DNA from: Waddliaceae bacterium
GTDB lineage: Bacteria > Chlamydiota > Chlamydiia > Chlamydiales > SLFE01
Direction of reading: 5' to 3'
DNA: 64,000 nt
NCBI GenBank assembly: GCA_963783885.1
Contig: CAWAPJ010000025.1
Location: 1-64,000, forward strand
Both the position numbers and the translations under genes were made by a program. Below, piece after piece: positions 16,547 through 25,674 of this stretch. The notes under the pieces are model-generated. The model saw only the letters and a list, made by a program, of their open reading frames with translations. It ran no database searches and had not been told where the DNA came from. Positions within the stretch are counted from its first letter, which is position 1. Each line of letters starts with the position of its first letter.

Positions 16547-17434
16547 ATGGAAAGAGCGACAAAAGAAATCTTTGCCAGGATTCAGCAAATTGAAATTACC
16601 ACGACGCGCCTTGTCGAAGAGCTATTGGGCGGCGCCTATCGTTCCGCATTCAAAGGTAACGGTATCGAATTCGAGGAAGTGCGCGAGTATGTTCCCGGAG
16701 ACGATATTCGGACGATCGACTGGAATGTGACTGCCCGCATGAATCACCCTTATGTCAAAACATTTCGGGAAGAGCGGGAGCTCACCGTCATGCTGCTCGT
16801 CGATATATCGGCTTCTTCGAGATTCGGGTCGAAGGATCGTCTCAAGAGCGAGCTGATCGCTGAGATTTCCGCAACTCTCGCGTTTTCCGCCATCAAAAAT
16901 CAGGATAAGGTGGGCCTCATCCTGTTTTCGGATGAAGTTGAACACTACCTGCCGCCGAGAAAAGGAAAAAGGCATGTTTTAAGGGTAATCCGCGATATCA
17001 TGGTTTACAAGCCCAGGCATCGAAAAACCGATATCGCTTCGGCTCTCCGCTTCCTTGGAAAAGTGCAAAGCCGGATGGCTGTTTGCTTTTTGGTTTCCGA
17101 TTTTTTTTGTGAGTCCAATTACACTCAAGAGCTTAAAGTGAACGCCAAGCATCACGATCTGATTTTACTTGGCGTCAAAGATCCCTTGGAGAGAACCTTC
17201 CCTCAATTTCCCCTTGTAACCTTGCGCGATTTGGAAACCGGAGAGCTTCGGGCGCTCGACACCGGCGATGATGACGTGCAAAAGAGATTCAGTGAAGAAG
17301 TTGCGAAAAAACAGGAGGCACTCAAACAACAAGTGAATCGGCTGGGTATTCAATTCGTTGAATTCGAGACTGACAAACCTTACGCGTCGGCCATTCGCCG
17401 ATTTTTCAAGAAAAGGGAGAAAATGAGACGATGA
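16547..17434 (+). CDS. DUF58 domain protein
   Basis: GIEFEEVREYVPGDDIRTIDWNVTAR signature; follows moxR; start ATG 16547. Confidence 0.9.
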   Translation: MERATKEIFARIQQIEITTTRLVEELLGGAYRSAFKGNGIEFEEVREYVPGDDIRTIDWNVTARMNHPYVKTFREERELTVMLLVDISASSRFGSKDRLKSELIAEISATLAFSAIKNQDKVGLILFSDEVEHYLPPRKGKRHVLRVIRDIMVYKPRHRKTDIASALRFLGKVQSRMAVCFLVSDFFCESNYTQELKVNAKHHDLILLGVKDPLERTFPQFPLVTLRDLETGELRALDTGDDDVQKRFSEEVAKKQEALKQQVNRLGIQFVEFETDKPYASAIRRFFKKREKMRR

Positions 17435-18051
17435 GGTTTTTTTGCCTTTTGCTTTTTTTGCCTTTGCTTGTTTTCGCCGATCAGCCAGATCCCCCTTTAA
17501 TGTTTTACAAAGAGCCGGTCATGAAGATTGATCCGGAGATTCAAAGCCGGTGGATGGACGGTCCGCAGGCTTTCAAAAAAGAAATCACTCGAAACCACCG
17601 CCTTCTTGACGAGCATCGGTTTCCCCTCATACAAGCCGTGCTTTTTTTTTCGACGGGAATCGCTCTTATTCTCATTTTTGTTTTTCAAAAACTGCTAATC
17701 AATCTGATAAAAGGGCTTTTTTCCAAACCGCCAAAACCCGAAGAAATATCTGAGCAGGAGTTGGGCCGGCTAGAGGAGATTCAGAGCTGGAGCGACCGCT
17801 ACCTCCAACTGGGCCATGTTGTGCGAAAGTATATGCAAAACAAATATCAAATCCCTGCGGTTTATCAGACAAAAGAGGAGTTGTTATTTAACCTTTCCGA
17901 GCTTAAAACTGTGAATCAGGAGGGGCACGAGAATTTGCGGCATCTCTTCGATGAAATCGAGCGGGTTGTCTATGCGGGAAGTCCTCCAAACGAAGAAGAA
18001 TACCAAAAATCGCGGAAGATTGTAGAAGATGTTGTCAATCCCAAATTATAA
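17431..18051 (+). CDS. Membrane protein of the MoxR/DUF58 operon
   Basis: Signal peptide, one internal TM segment, ATGA overlap with the DUF58 gene. Confidence 0.65.
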   Translation: MRFFCLLLFLPLLVFADQPDPPLMFYKEPVMKIDPEIQSRWMDGPQAFKKEITRNHRLLDEHRFPLIQAVLFFSTGIALILIFVFQKLLINLIKGLFSKPPKPEEISEQELGRLEEIQSWSDRYLQLGHVVRKYMQNKYQIPAVYQTKEELLFNLSELKTVNQEGHENLRHLFDEIERVVYAGSPPNEEEYQKSRKIVEDVVNPKL

Positions 18052-18739
18052 ATATTATGAATCCTTCCCAAGTGTGCATATAAAAAATAAGCTTAAAGAG
18101 CTTGGCAAACACAGCCTTTTGCAAAAAATTGCCGACATTGTTCAGCAGGCACTCAAGTACATTGCCGATTTCTGTATTTTATCTGGAGGCATGTTCATTT
18201 GTTTCGGCACGGGATTCTTAAATATCTCTTTTGTCTTGCTTGGAGGGGCCGGGGTTCTTATCGGCGCTATTTGCAGAAAATGCGGAAATACTCAAACTCG
18301 GGCTGTAAAACTGGAAAAAGCCGCAAGCTGCTTAATCAGGGCATCATCTTTGGCCGATGAAGGGCATTATTACAAAGCCGTCGATGAGATCGAAAAAGCC
18401 CGAGATATTTTGCCTGAAAGCGACGTTCCCCATACTCACATTTACCTCAATCAGTGTCTCAAACATCTTCGTCTTCGAAATAAAGAGAAGGCAATATCTG
18501 CAGCAAAACAATTGATCCAACAAACAGAGGAAGAGATTGATTATTTTTCCCGCCAAAAAAATATTTGGCCCAAGCTTATCGACTATTTGCAAAATCGAGT
18601 CCGGTTTGGAAAGGCTGTTAGAGACCGATACGATATGATTTCCCAATCACTGGATACACTTCTAATCTGTAAAAAAAGGGAATTCAGGCATCTTTATCAA
18701 GAACTTGCGGAAAGGGGGATTTTCCAAGGTCTGACATGA
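18029..18739 (+). CDS. Hypothetical protein with long bilobed hydrophobic segment and TPR-like helices
   Basis: 236-aa ORF; hydrophobic stretch FCILSGGMFICFGTGFLNISFVLLGGAGVLIGAIC. Confidence 0.6.
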   Translation: MLSIPNYKYYESFPSVHIKNKLKELGKHSLLQKIADIVQQALKYIADFCILSGGMFICFGTGFLNISFVLLGGAGVLIGAICRKCGNTQTRAVKLEKAASCLIRASSLADEGHYYKAVDEIEKARDILPESDVPHTHIYLNQCLKHLRLRNKEKAISAAKQLIQQTEEEIDYFSRQKNIWPKLIDYLQNRVRFGKAVRDRYDMISQSLDTLLICKKREFRHLYQELAERGIFQGLT

Positions 18740-19557
18740 ACTGGGAATTTTCTTTTCTTTACGCCTTGCACTCTCTTCGCAGCGATTATCTCAATCCCGT
18801 TTTTATTTTTCTCAACTATTTGGATACTGAAGAGCTTTGGCTGCTTTTGGTTCCTTTCATTTACTTTGCAGTGGACAGAAGGTGGGGCATCAGAATATTT
18901 TATCTTGTTCTCCTCAATGTTTTTGTCAGTTATTTTCTCAAGGATATTTTTCAAAGCCTGCGTCCCAGCCATATTGACCCTTCTATGGGGCTGGTTTCAT
19001 TGGATAGTTTTGGATTTCCAAGCGGCGCTGCGCAAACAGCCGCAATAGCCTTTGGTTTGATCGTTTACTTGTTCTGCAATAAATGGGGGTGGATTGCGGG
19101 GGTCAATGTTTTCTTTTGGCTGTCGTTTTCACGCCTTTGGCTGGGCGTGCATTTCCCCACCGACTTGATGTTTGGCTGGCTGGTAGGAGGAGTGCTTATA
19201 ACCTGTTTTATTCTCTGTTATCAACCTTTGGAAAAAAGGCTTTCCCGAATCCATTCTCAAATCATTCCCCCTCTGTTTTTTCTCTTAAGCCAAAGCACCC
19301 TGTCAATTCGTCTTTGCTTCATTGCCATGGGATTTGGTCTTTTTTTGAGACCTTGCGGCCTGTTTCCCAAAAGCGGCATTTATGCCTGTGCGATGATTGC
19401 AGTTTTAGCCGGGATCATCTATGGAGGGGAAGCCTTCTTACAGCAAACAGGTTTTTGGCAATACGTCCTTCCCTTTTATTTTGCCGGTTTTGTAATTTCA
19501 CTTATTGACAGTAAATTAATTGCTCTTTACAATTTTCGAAAACCTTTAAAAGAGTAG
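18736..19557 (+). CDS. PAP2 family membrane phosphatase
   Basis: K......RP, FGFPSG and SRLWLGVHFPTD motifs. Confidence 0.85.
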   Translation: MNWEFSFLYALHSLRSDYLNPVFIFLNYLDTEELWLLLVPFIYFAVDRRWGIRIFYLVLLNVFVSYFLKDIFQSLRPSHIDPSMGLVSLDSFGFPSGAAQTAAIAFGLIVYLFCNKWGWIAGVNVFFWLSFSRLWLGVHFPTDLMFGWLVGGVLITCFILCYQPLEKRLSRIHSQIIPPLFFLLSQSTLSIRLCFIAMGFGLFLRPCGLFPKSGIYACAMIAVLAGIIYGGEAFLQQTGFWQYVLPFYFAGFVISLIDSKLIALYNFRKPLKE

Positions 19558-19562
19558 GGATT

Positions 19563-19892
19563 ATGATTCAAGATACGGGCGATATTTATCGGAACACTTT
19601 TCAAAAAGCCGTTCAGGAAGCAAATCTTTATGCACAAAAACTGGGCTACGGTGGTATCAAGGTTCAGACTCATTGCGAACAAGATGTCAGGGCCAAAAGA
19701 ATTATTTACTTATATAGAAGGAACCTTGGATGGAAAGAGATAGGGGCGACCTACCTCTATTCCAAAAGTTTGGAATCCCTTGTCAATGAATCCGCCACAA
19801 AACTAGATGTTCAAGCTATTTTTATCAATATGCTTGAGGAACTCAAGTTATATATCGACAATCCCACTTATAATATATATAAATTAATTTAA
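19563..19892 (+). CDS. Hypothetical protein
   Basis: 109-aa ORF starting 5 nt after the PAP2 stop. Confidence 0.55.
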   Translation: MIQDTGDIYRNTFQKAVQEANLYAQKLGYGGIKVQTHCEQDVRAKRIIYLYRRNLGWKEIGATYLYSKSLESLVNESATKLDVQAIFINMLEELKLYIDNPTYNIYKLI

Positions 19893-19968
19893 TAATAATC
19901 AGTTCTTTATTTTTTCTTAAAATAAATCAACTATAATCTTTTTGAAAATTAATAGTTAATATCTATTT

Positions 19969-21120
19969 ATGAATATAAATAATTCCGTAAAAAAAGCTTA
20001 TCTGGAAATTGCCTCTACCAAAGGATTTTCATGTGAAGGGGGCAAAGATAAAGAAGAATATGGCACAATAGGGGAAACCCAGGGGACCTTGGAATTTCGT
20101 GAAAAGGTCAGTGAATGGGTTTTGAAAAATCCCGATCTCTTAAATTCTGAAAATCGCCAAAATATTGAAGCAGATTGGCTTAAAATCGCCAAGTGGAAAT
20201 ATTATGGCGGGCATATCTCCCACATGGCGGGTAAATTTACTGTTGATGGGTCCGAATACGATTTAGAAGGGATGTGTGAAGATCTCCTCCTCCCTTGGAT
20301 TTGGGCTGATTTATTAAAATTTTTTAATGCCGATGTTTCTGCTCTGTATACTGATAATGAAAGAAAGTGGATTTTAGAGAAGTATTATGAAACATTGAGT
20401 CATCATCGGGCGGTGGAAATAGATTTTGCTGATTTGGCTGCAAAGATTAATTCAGGAGAAGATGACCTGCCCATTTCTATTATCGGAGGCCACCCGTGGC
20501 ATGGAGCGGCCTTTGTTTTTATTCACAGTATTTTGATTTATTGGAATTCAAACAACCCCTTCATGCAAATTAACAAACTGGAAAAAGACATCACACCTAA
20601 TCTCCTTAAATCATTGATCCGAAGACATGATCTAACAGAGAAGAAGTTTGGGAAATTGCTAGAGAAAATTAAAGCTCTTACCAAAGAAGAAAAAGGGAAG
20701 AATTTTAAAAAGAAAAAGCAAAAATGCGGCAATTGTGTCTATAAGGCGTCGAAAGGCGTGGTCCAAATTCTCACCGCCTTATGTTATGCACTACAGAATA
20801 CGAAAGAAGACTTAACAATCCAAGATATTAAAGAAGCTCTCGAAAAGACTAAAATGAAATTCCAAGGTTTTTCAGGTTTTTTAGTCAGGAATGCCGTAAA
20901 AGAGCTAAGAGAAGATTATGACACACTCAAAAGAAATCGAGAATCACCTAAGGATCGCGCTGTCATCGGAAGAATTCTTAAACACTTTTATCTCAATGAA
21001 CGTGAGAGAAGGAAAAAGGGCATGGCAGTTTTTTCCAATTCAGAGAGAGTAAATCTTCTAAGAGGCGTCTTACTTTTTCGACGGTCGGTTTTTTATCCTT
21101 CTCCGGCGGCCTTTTCGTAG
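19969..21120 (+). CDS. Hypothetical protein, possible cysteine protease-like effector
   Basis: 383-aa AT-rich ORF with GGHPWHG...YWNSN and QKCGNC motifs. Confidence 0.6.
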   Translation: MNINNSVKKAYLEIASTKGFSCEGGKDKEEYGTIGETQGTLEFREKVSEWVLKNPDLLNSENRQNIEADWLKIAKWKYYGGHISHMAGKFTVDGSEYDLEGMCEDLLLPWIWADLLKFFNADVSALYTDNERKWILEKYYETLSHHRAVEIDFADLAAKINSGEDDLPISIIGGHPWHGAAFVFIHSILIYWNSNNPFMQINKLEKDITPNLLKSLIRRHDLTEKKFGKLLEKIKALTKEEKGKNFKKKKQKCGNCVYKASKGVVQILTALCYALQNTKEDLTIQDIKEALEKTKMKFQGFSGFLVRNAVKELREDYDTLKRNRESPKDRAVIGRILKHFYLNERERRKKGMAVFSNSERVNLLRGVLLFRRSVFYPSPAAFS

Positions 21121-21872
21121 GCGGCGAGGATCGTGTTGATGATGCCGGCGCGGACTGAAGAGTCTTCCAACTCGAGGATGCCGGCGATGGTGGTGCCTCC
21201 GGGAGAGGTGACCTGCCACTTGAGATCGCTTGGACTTTTTCCCGACTCTTTCATAAGTGTTAGCGATCCTTCCCACATTTCCAGGGCAAGCTGTTTAGAA
21301 AGACCGGCGGTCAGTCCCATCGCAATGCCGGCGTCGATCATCGACTCGATAATTGCAAAAGCAAACGCGGGGCCGCATCCCGCAAGGGCCGTGAGGCCGG
21401 AGATCTGGTCTTCGTCAATCCAGTGGATAAATCCAAGTGGTGAGAGGGATTTTTGAACCTTTTCGCGTATTGCATCTGTGAGGTTTTCGGTTTTGACGAG
21501 TCCGATAACACCCTTCCCAAAGGCGCAGGCAATGTTGGGCATGGCCCGGACGGTAAGAACCTGTCCGAAGAGTTTTTCAAGCTGAGCGAGCGGGACGCCG
21601 CCGGCAACGCTGATAACAATTTGCTCTTGCGTCAGGTGATCACTCATTTGACTGGCGGCTTCTTCGATGTCTATGGGTTTTACGGAAACAATGACAAAAT
21701 CGCAGCCGGAAATGGCTTGCTGCATATTTTGAAAGCCTTTTGCCTTGATCTCACCGGCCAGTTTTTCCACTTTTTCAGCATAGCGATCAAAGAGATTCAC
21801 CTGATGATCTTCGGCTAGTTTTTTGGCCATGCTGCCGCCCATGGCGCCGCATCCGATAATGCAAAACTTCAT
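21093..21872 (-). CDS. proC: Pyrroline-5-carboxylate reductase
   Basis: IIGCGAMG, RAMPN, GCGPAF and VTSPGGTTIAG motifs. Confidence 0.95.
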   Translation of the reverse strand: MKFCIIGCGAMGGSMAKKLAEDHQVNLFDRYAEKVEKLAGEIKAKGFQNMQQAISGCDFVIVSVKPIDIEEAASQMSDHLTQEQIVISVAGGVPLAQLEKLFGQVLTVRAMPNIACAFGKGVIGLVKTENLTDAIREKVQKSLSPLGFIHWIDEDQISGLTALAGCGPAFAFAIIESMIDAGIAMGLTAGLSKQLALEMWEGSLTLMKESGKSPSDLKWQVTSPGGTTIAGILELEDSSVRAGIINTILAAYEKAAGEG

Positions 21873-21873
21873 A

Positions 21874-23124
21874 TTATTTCCTCACGTGGTAGTTGCCTTC
21901 AACCACCCATTTATAACTTGTCAGCTCTTTTAATCCCATAGGTCCGCGCGCGTGCAGTTTTTGCGTGCTGATCGCTACTTCAGCACCCATTCCGAACTGG
22001 CTGCCATCGGTAAATCTTGTCGAGGCGTTGACATAAACGGCCGCTGAGTCGACTTCATGCACAAAATGCTGAGCTTTTTTTCTATTTTGCGTTAATATTC
22101 CATCGCTATGGCCGGTGCTGAAGGTGGTGATGTGGTCGATGGCAGCCTCAATATTTTCGACAACTCTGATCCCTAAGATAAGATCGAGCCATTCCGTGTC
22201 CCAATCTTGCTCTTTGGCCTTTTGTCCCCATGATTTCTGCTCCTCATTGATAAGATTCCATGAAGCCTCATCGAACCGGAAGGAGACATTGCCTTCTTTT
22301 AGCCGTTTCAAAGCCATCGGAACTAATGCCGGAGCAATATCTTTGTGTACAAGCAGGGTGTCTAAAGAGTTGCACACGGTGGGACGCTGGGTTTTGGCAT
22401 TGTAGATGACTTCAAGAGATCGCTTAAGATCGGCCGACTGTTCGACATAGAGGTGGCAGATGCCAATTCCGCCGGTAATGACAGGAATTCGGCTGTTTTC
22501 CCGGCAAAATTGATGAAGTTTGGCCCCGCCGCGCGGAATGATCATATCGACAAATTCATGCAGGTGCAAAAGTTCTTTAACCAGGGATCTGTCGGGACTC
22601 GCAATAAACTGAATCGCTTCGGGAGGCAGACCCGCTTCCTTTAAAGCTTTTCCCACAACGCTCACCAAAGCTTTGTTTGTCCTAATGGTTTCCGAACCGC
22701 CGCGCAAAATGGCGCAGTTGCCTGTCTTAATGGCAAGCGAGGAGACGTCGATTGTCACATTGGGACGCGACTCATAAATGACTCCTAGAGTGCCAATAGA
22801 AACTCTTTGTTTGGCGATTGCGAGGCCGTTTTCCAGTTCTTGCTGATCGAAGCGTTCCCCAATCGGGTCGCTAAGAGACGCTACCCGCCGGGCGTCGGCG
22901 CAAATTCCCGAGAGCCTCCCCTGTAGAGAGAGTCTGTCGATCATCGCAGCACTCAGACCGCTTTTTTTCCCTTCGTCGATATCTTTTTGATTTTCGGATA
23001 AAATCAGATCCTTTTCGGCATCGATATGCGAGCTCAAAGCGATAAGCGCCTCGTTCTTTTGAGAAGTTGCGGCTCTCGATAGGAGTTTAGAGGCTTTTTT
23101 TGCCTTTTGTCCGATTTCATTCAT
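21874..23124 (-). CDS. proA: Gamma-glutamyl phosphate reductase
   Basis: IYESRPNVT, RPTVCNSLDTLL, NASTRFTDG and STQKLHARGPMGL motifs. Confidence 0.95.
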   Translation of the reverse strand: MNEIGQKAKKASKLLSRAATSQKNEALIALSSHIDAEKDLILSENQKDIDEGKKSGLSAAMIDRLSLQGRLSGICADARRVASLSDPIGERFDQQELENGLAIAKQRVSIGTLGVIYESRPNVTIDVSSLAIKTGNCAILRGGSETIRTNKALVSVVGKALKEAGLPPEAIQFIASPDRSLVKELLHLHEFVDMIIPRGGAKLHQFCRENSRIPVITGGIGICHLYVEQSADLKRSLEVIYNAKTQRPTVCNSLDTLLVHKDIAPALVPMALKRLKEGNVSFRFDEASWNLINEEQKSWGQKAKEQDWDTEWLDLILGIRVVENIEAAIDHITTFSTGHSDGILTQNRKKAQHFVHEVDSAAVYVNASTRFTDGSQFGMGAEVAISTQKLHARGPMGLKELTSYKWVVEGNYHVRK

Positions 23125-24221
23125 AAGATAACCATATTATCGCGATGAACCACTTCTGGTCCAAACGTATACCCTAAAATTTCTTCGATTTTCTCAGAAT
23201 GGGTCCGTTTGATTTTATCGATTTCGTCATGGGAATAGTTGGAAATCCCGACTCCCATAAGCTCTTCTTCTGTTCTGATTTGTATGAGCGCTCCCCGATC
23301 GAATTTTCCTTGTGTCTCTGTGATGCCGATAGGAAGAAGGCTGGCTCCGCCGGTCTTGAGTTTGTTTGCGGCTCCTTGATCGACAAAAACTTTTCCCTGG
23401 GGTTTTTCTGACAAAAGCCACCGCTTGCGGCTTTCGCGGGGAGACTCTGTCGCGGCGAACCTTGTGCCGGCCATTTCCCCTTTGGCGAGTTTGAGGAGGA
23501 CATCGGGAAGATCCATGGAAGTGATCTCTGTCGGAGTGCCGCTGTGGGAGGCAAGCTGAGCAGCTTCGATTTTGGTCGCCATTCCTCCCGTGCCTAGCTT
23601 TGTCGACGTGTTTTTTGCCGCTTCGACAACTTGATCGTTGATCGTTTTGACAAGCGGGATCATTTTTGCGTCGGGATTGAATCTGGGGTCTTTGTCGTAG
23701 AGTCCTTTTTGATCGGTCAGAATCACGAAGAGGTCGGCTGCAATCATGTTGGCGATATGCGCGCCGAGATTGTCATTGTCTCCGACAAGGCTTTTCTTGT
23801 TGGCGACGGTGTCATTTTCATTGACAATGGGGAGGATGTTGTGGTCAAGCATGGCATGCAGCGTGTCACGGATGTTAAGGTAGGCCTCTCTGCTTGTAAA
23901 ATCGCTTCTGGTAAGCAGAATCTGCCCTACATGGATATCGTGGAGTCCGAACAGCTCGGTCCAGATTTCCATCAAGCGCACCTGTCCTATCGAGCAAAGC
24001 ATTTGTTTGGAAGGGACCGATTTATCCTGCCTGTATTCGGGAATGACTTCCCTTCCGGCTGCCAAAGCGCCCGATGTGACCAGGACGACTTCGACTCCTT
24101 CGGCATGCAGCTTGGCCACTTGTCTTGCCGCCTCGAGCATTGCAGGGCGCGACAAATTCAGCGTTCCCTTCGTTAAGGTGCTGGTTCCCAGTTTGATGAC
24201 GATTTTTTTAAGTCCTGACAT
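23121..24221 (-). CDS. proB: Glutamate 5-kinase with PUA domain
   Basis: VIKLGTS, NENDTV, GDND and GTGGMATKIEAA motifs, plus C-terminal VVHRDNMV. Confidence 0.95.
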   Translation of the reverse strand: MSGLKKIVIKLGTSTLTKGTLNLSRPAMLEAARQVAKLHAEGVEVVLVTSGALAAGREVIPEYRQDKSVPSKQMLCSIGQVRLMEIWTELFGLHDIHVGQILLTRSDFTSREAYLNIRDTLHAMLDHNILPIVNENDTVANKKSLVGDNDNLGAHIANMIAADLFVILTDQKGLYDKDPRFNPDAKMIPLVKTINDQVVEAAKNTSTKLGTGGMATKIEAAQLASHSGTPTEITSMDLPDVLLKLAKGEMAGTRFAATESPRESRKRWLLSEKPQGKVFVDQGAANKLKTGGASLLPIGITETQGKFDRGALIQIRTEEELMGVGISNYSHDEIDKIKRTHSEKIEEILGYTFGPEVVHRDNMVIL

Positions 24222-24272
24222 TTTTTCAGATTTGATTTATCCTCATCTTACCAAAACAGTGGAGATTGCACC

Positions 24273-24757
24273 ATGATTACCTACGATGATTTCACGAAAG
24301 TCGATATTTGTGTCGAAAAAACTTTTGGGACTGGACACTAGCGCTCTGTCACCCTTAAATTTACGGCATCTTCATCGATCTTTTTATCCCTGGCTTTCAA
24401 GCTCGATCTCGCTAACTTTACTAAGTTTGCTTCGATCTCCGCGCTTCGCCAGGAATAAAAATCTCGATAAATCTACCGTAAATTTAAAGGTGACAGAGCG
24501 CTAGACGGCCCGCTTATAAATTAAAAGTAGATTTTGGTGGGGACCTTGGAGTCAAAAAATCTTCGGCTCAGATTACCAAACATTATGGTGTCGACGACCT
24601 TGTAGGAAGACAAGTCATTGCTGTTGTGAATGTTCCGCCAAAGAAAGTTGGCTCTGCTCTTTCCGAAATTCTTGTTTTAGGCTTGAGCGATGAGGAGGAA
24701 AATATTATCCTTTTAGGCCCTGGCAAGAAGGTTCCAAATGGCAGTAAGATGCATTAA
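24273..24757 (+). pseudogene. csaA: csaA / tRNA-binding chaperone pseudogene interrupted by a MITE
   Basis: 5' part MITYDDFTKVDICV from ATG 24273; 3' part RRPAYKLKVDFGGDLGVKKSSAQITKHY...VIAVVNVPPKKVG...EILVLG...KVPNGSKMH* (24503-24757) in a different frame. Not in the ORF track. Confidence 0.85.
24338..24504. mobile_element. Palindromic MITE with CTAG at both ends
   Basis: CTAGCGCTCTGTCACCCTTAAATTTACGG ... CCGTAAATTTAAAGGTGACAGAGCGCTAG (29-bp TIR, one mismatch) with further internal pairing. Net insertion 163 bp. Confidence 0.85.
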
Positions 24758-24783
24758 TCGCAGAGTTGCGGTAAGTCTAAAAA

Positions 24784-25002
24784 ATGGAAGACCAAGAGTG
24801 GCTGCTTAAAATATCCAAAAGAGTCGGTACTGGCATTTATATTCTGGCAAGTTTCATTTTCGAATCGGGAACAGAATATATAGGACTGTTTCTCTATCCC
24901 GCAGTACTTTTATTTGCGACAAGTTTTCTTGTCATCGCTTTAGGGACTTATCAGCGGCTGAGTATTTTGACGGAAAAAGATGACTGGGACGAATCATCTT
25001 AA
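24784..25002 (+). CDS. Small hypothetical membrane protein
   Basis: 72-aa ORF with two hydrophobic stretches. Confidence 0.4.
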   Translation: MEDQEWLLKISKRVGTGIYILASFIFESGTEYIGLFLYPAVLLFATSFLVIALGTYQRLSILTEKDDWDESS

Positions 25003-25509
25003 TATATCTAGGATGCTTTTGCAAAACACCGGCAAGTCTTTGGGCATTCGGCTTGAGACTAGGTTTTTATCCACCACGACAGGTTCGTCCGACCAGTCGG
25101 CTCCCGAGTTGATGATATCGTCTTTAATCGTGTGGTAAGAGGTGCACTTCCGCCCTTTCAAGATTCCCGCTGATGCCGGAACCCAGCCGGCGTGGCAGAT
25201 AAAGGCAACGAGTTTGCCCTGTTCATCGAATTTGCGGGTCAGGTCGAGGGCTTTCGGCATCGCCCTCAGTTTGTCCGGAGCGTATCCTCCCGGTATGACG
25301 AGGCCTTGAAAGTCATCGGAGGACATATTTTGTATTGCCACTTCCGACTTGCAGGGGTAGCCGTGCTTGCCTTCATATTCCGTATTGGATTCAGGACCAG
25401 CGATATGAACCTCAAAGCCTTCTTCGATTAAACGAAGGCGAGGATAATGAAGCTCCAGCTCTTCATAGAGGTGATGGACAAAGATTAGGATTTTTTTGGC
25501 ACTCGGCAT
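24994..25509 (-). CDS. PfpI/DJ-1 family type 1 glutamine amidotransferase-like protein
   Basis: YEELELHYP, IPGGYAPDKLR, ICHAGW and SSRMPKDLP motifs. Confidence 0.9.
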   Translation of the reverse strand: MPSAKKILIFVHHLYEELELHYPRLRLIEEGFEVHIAGPESNTEYEGKHGYPCKSEVAIQNMSSDDFQGLVIPGGYAPDKLRAMPKALDLTRKFDEQGKLVAFICHAGWVPASAGILKGRKCTSYHTIKDDIINSGADWSDEPVVVDKNLVSSRMPKDLPVFCKSILDILR

Positions 25510-25674
25510 AGCCGTGATAGTGTCAGATTGTCCTTTTATTTACAAAAATTTCTTGAGATAAAGAAAATGATAAATATTTATTTAATTTGACACCATTGGG
25601 TAGCAATCAGTCTGAGGCTCAAGGGTCTTAGTAACTCCTCGTTGAATTTTTACCGGAATTGCTGTTGCGCTGTC

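Noticed and set aside
24286-24504. 72-aa ORF as an independent gene
   Set aside because: It is mostly the open frame of the palindromic MITE inside the csaA pseudogene.
25560-25674. Possible small RNA between the PfpI and YjbH-like genes
   Set aside because: TTGACA is present without a matching -10, there is no convincing fold, and the short similarity to 54850-54875 may be chance.
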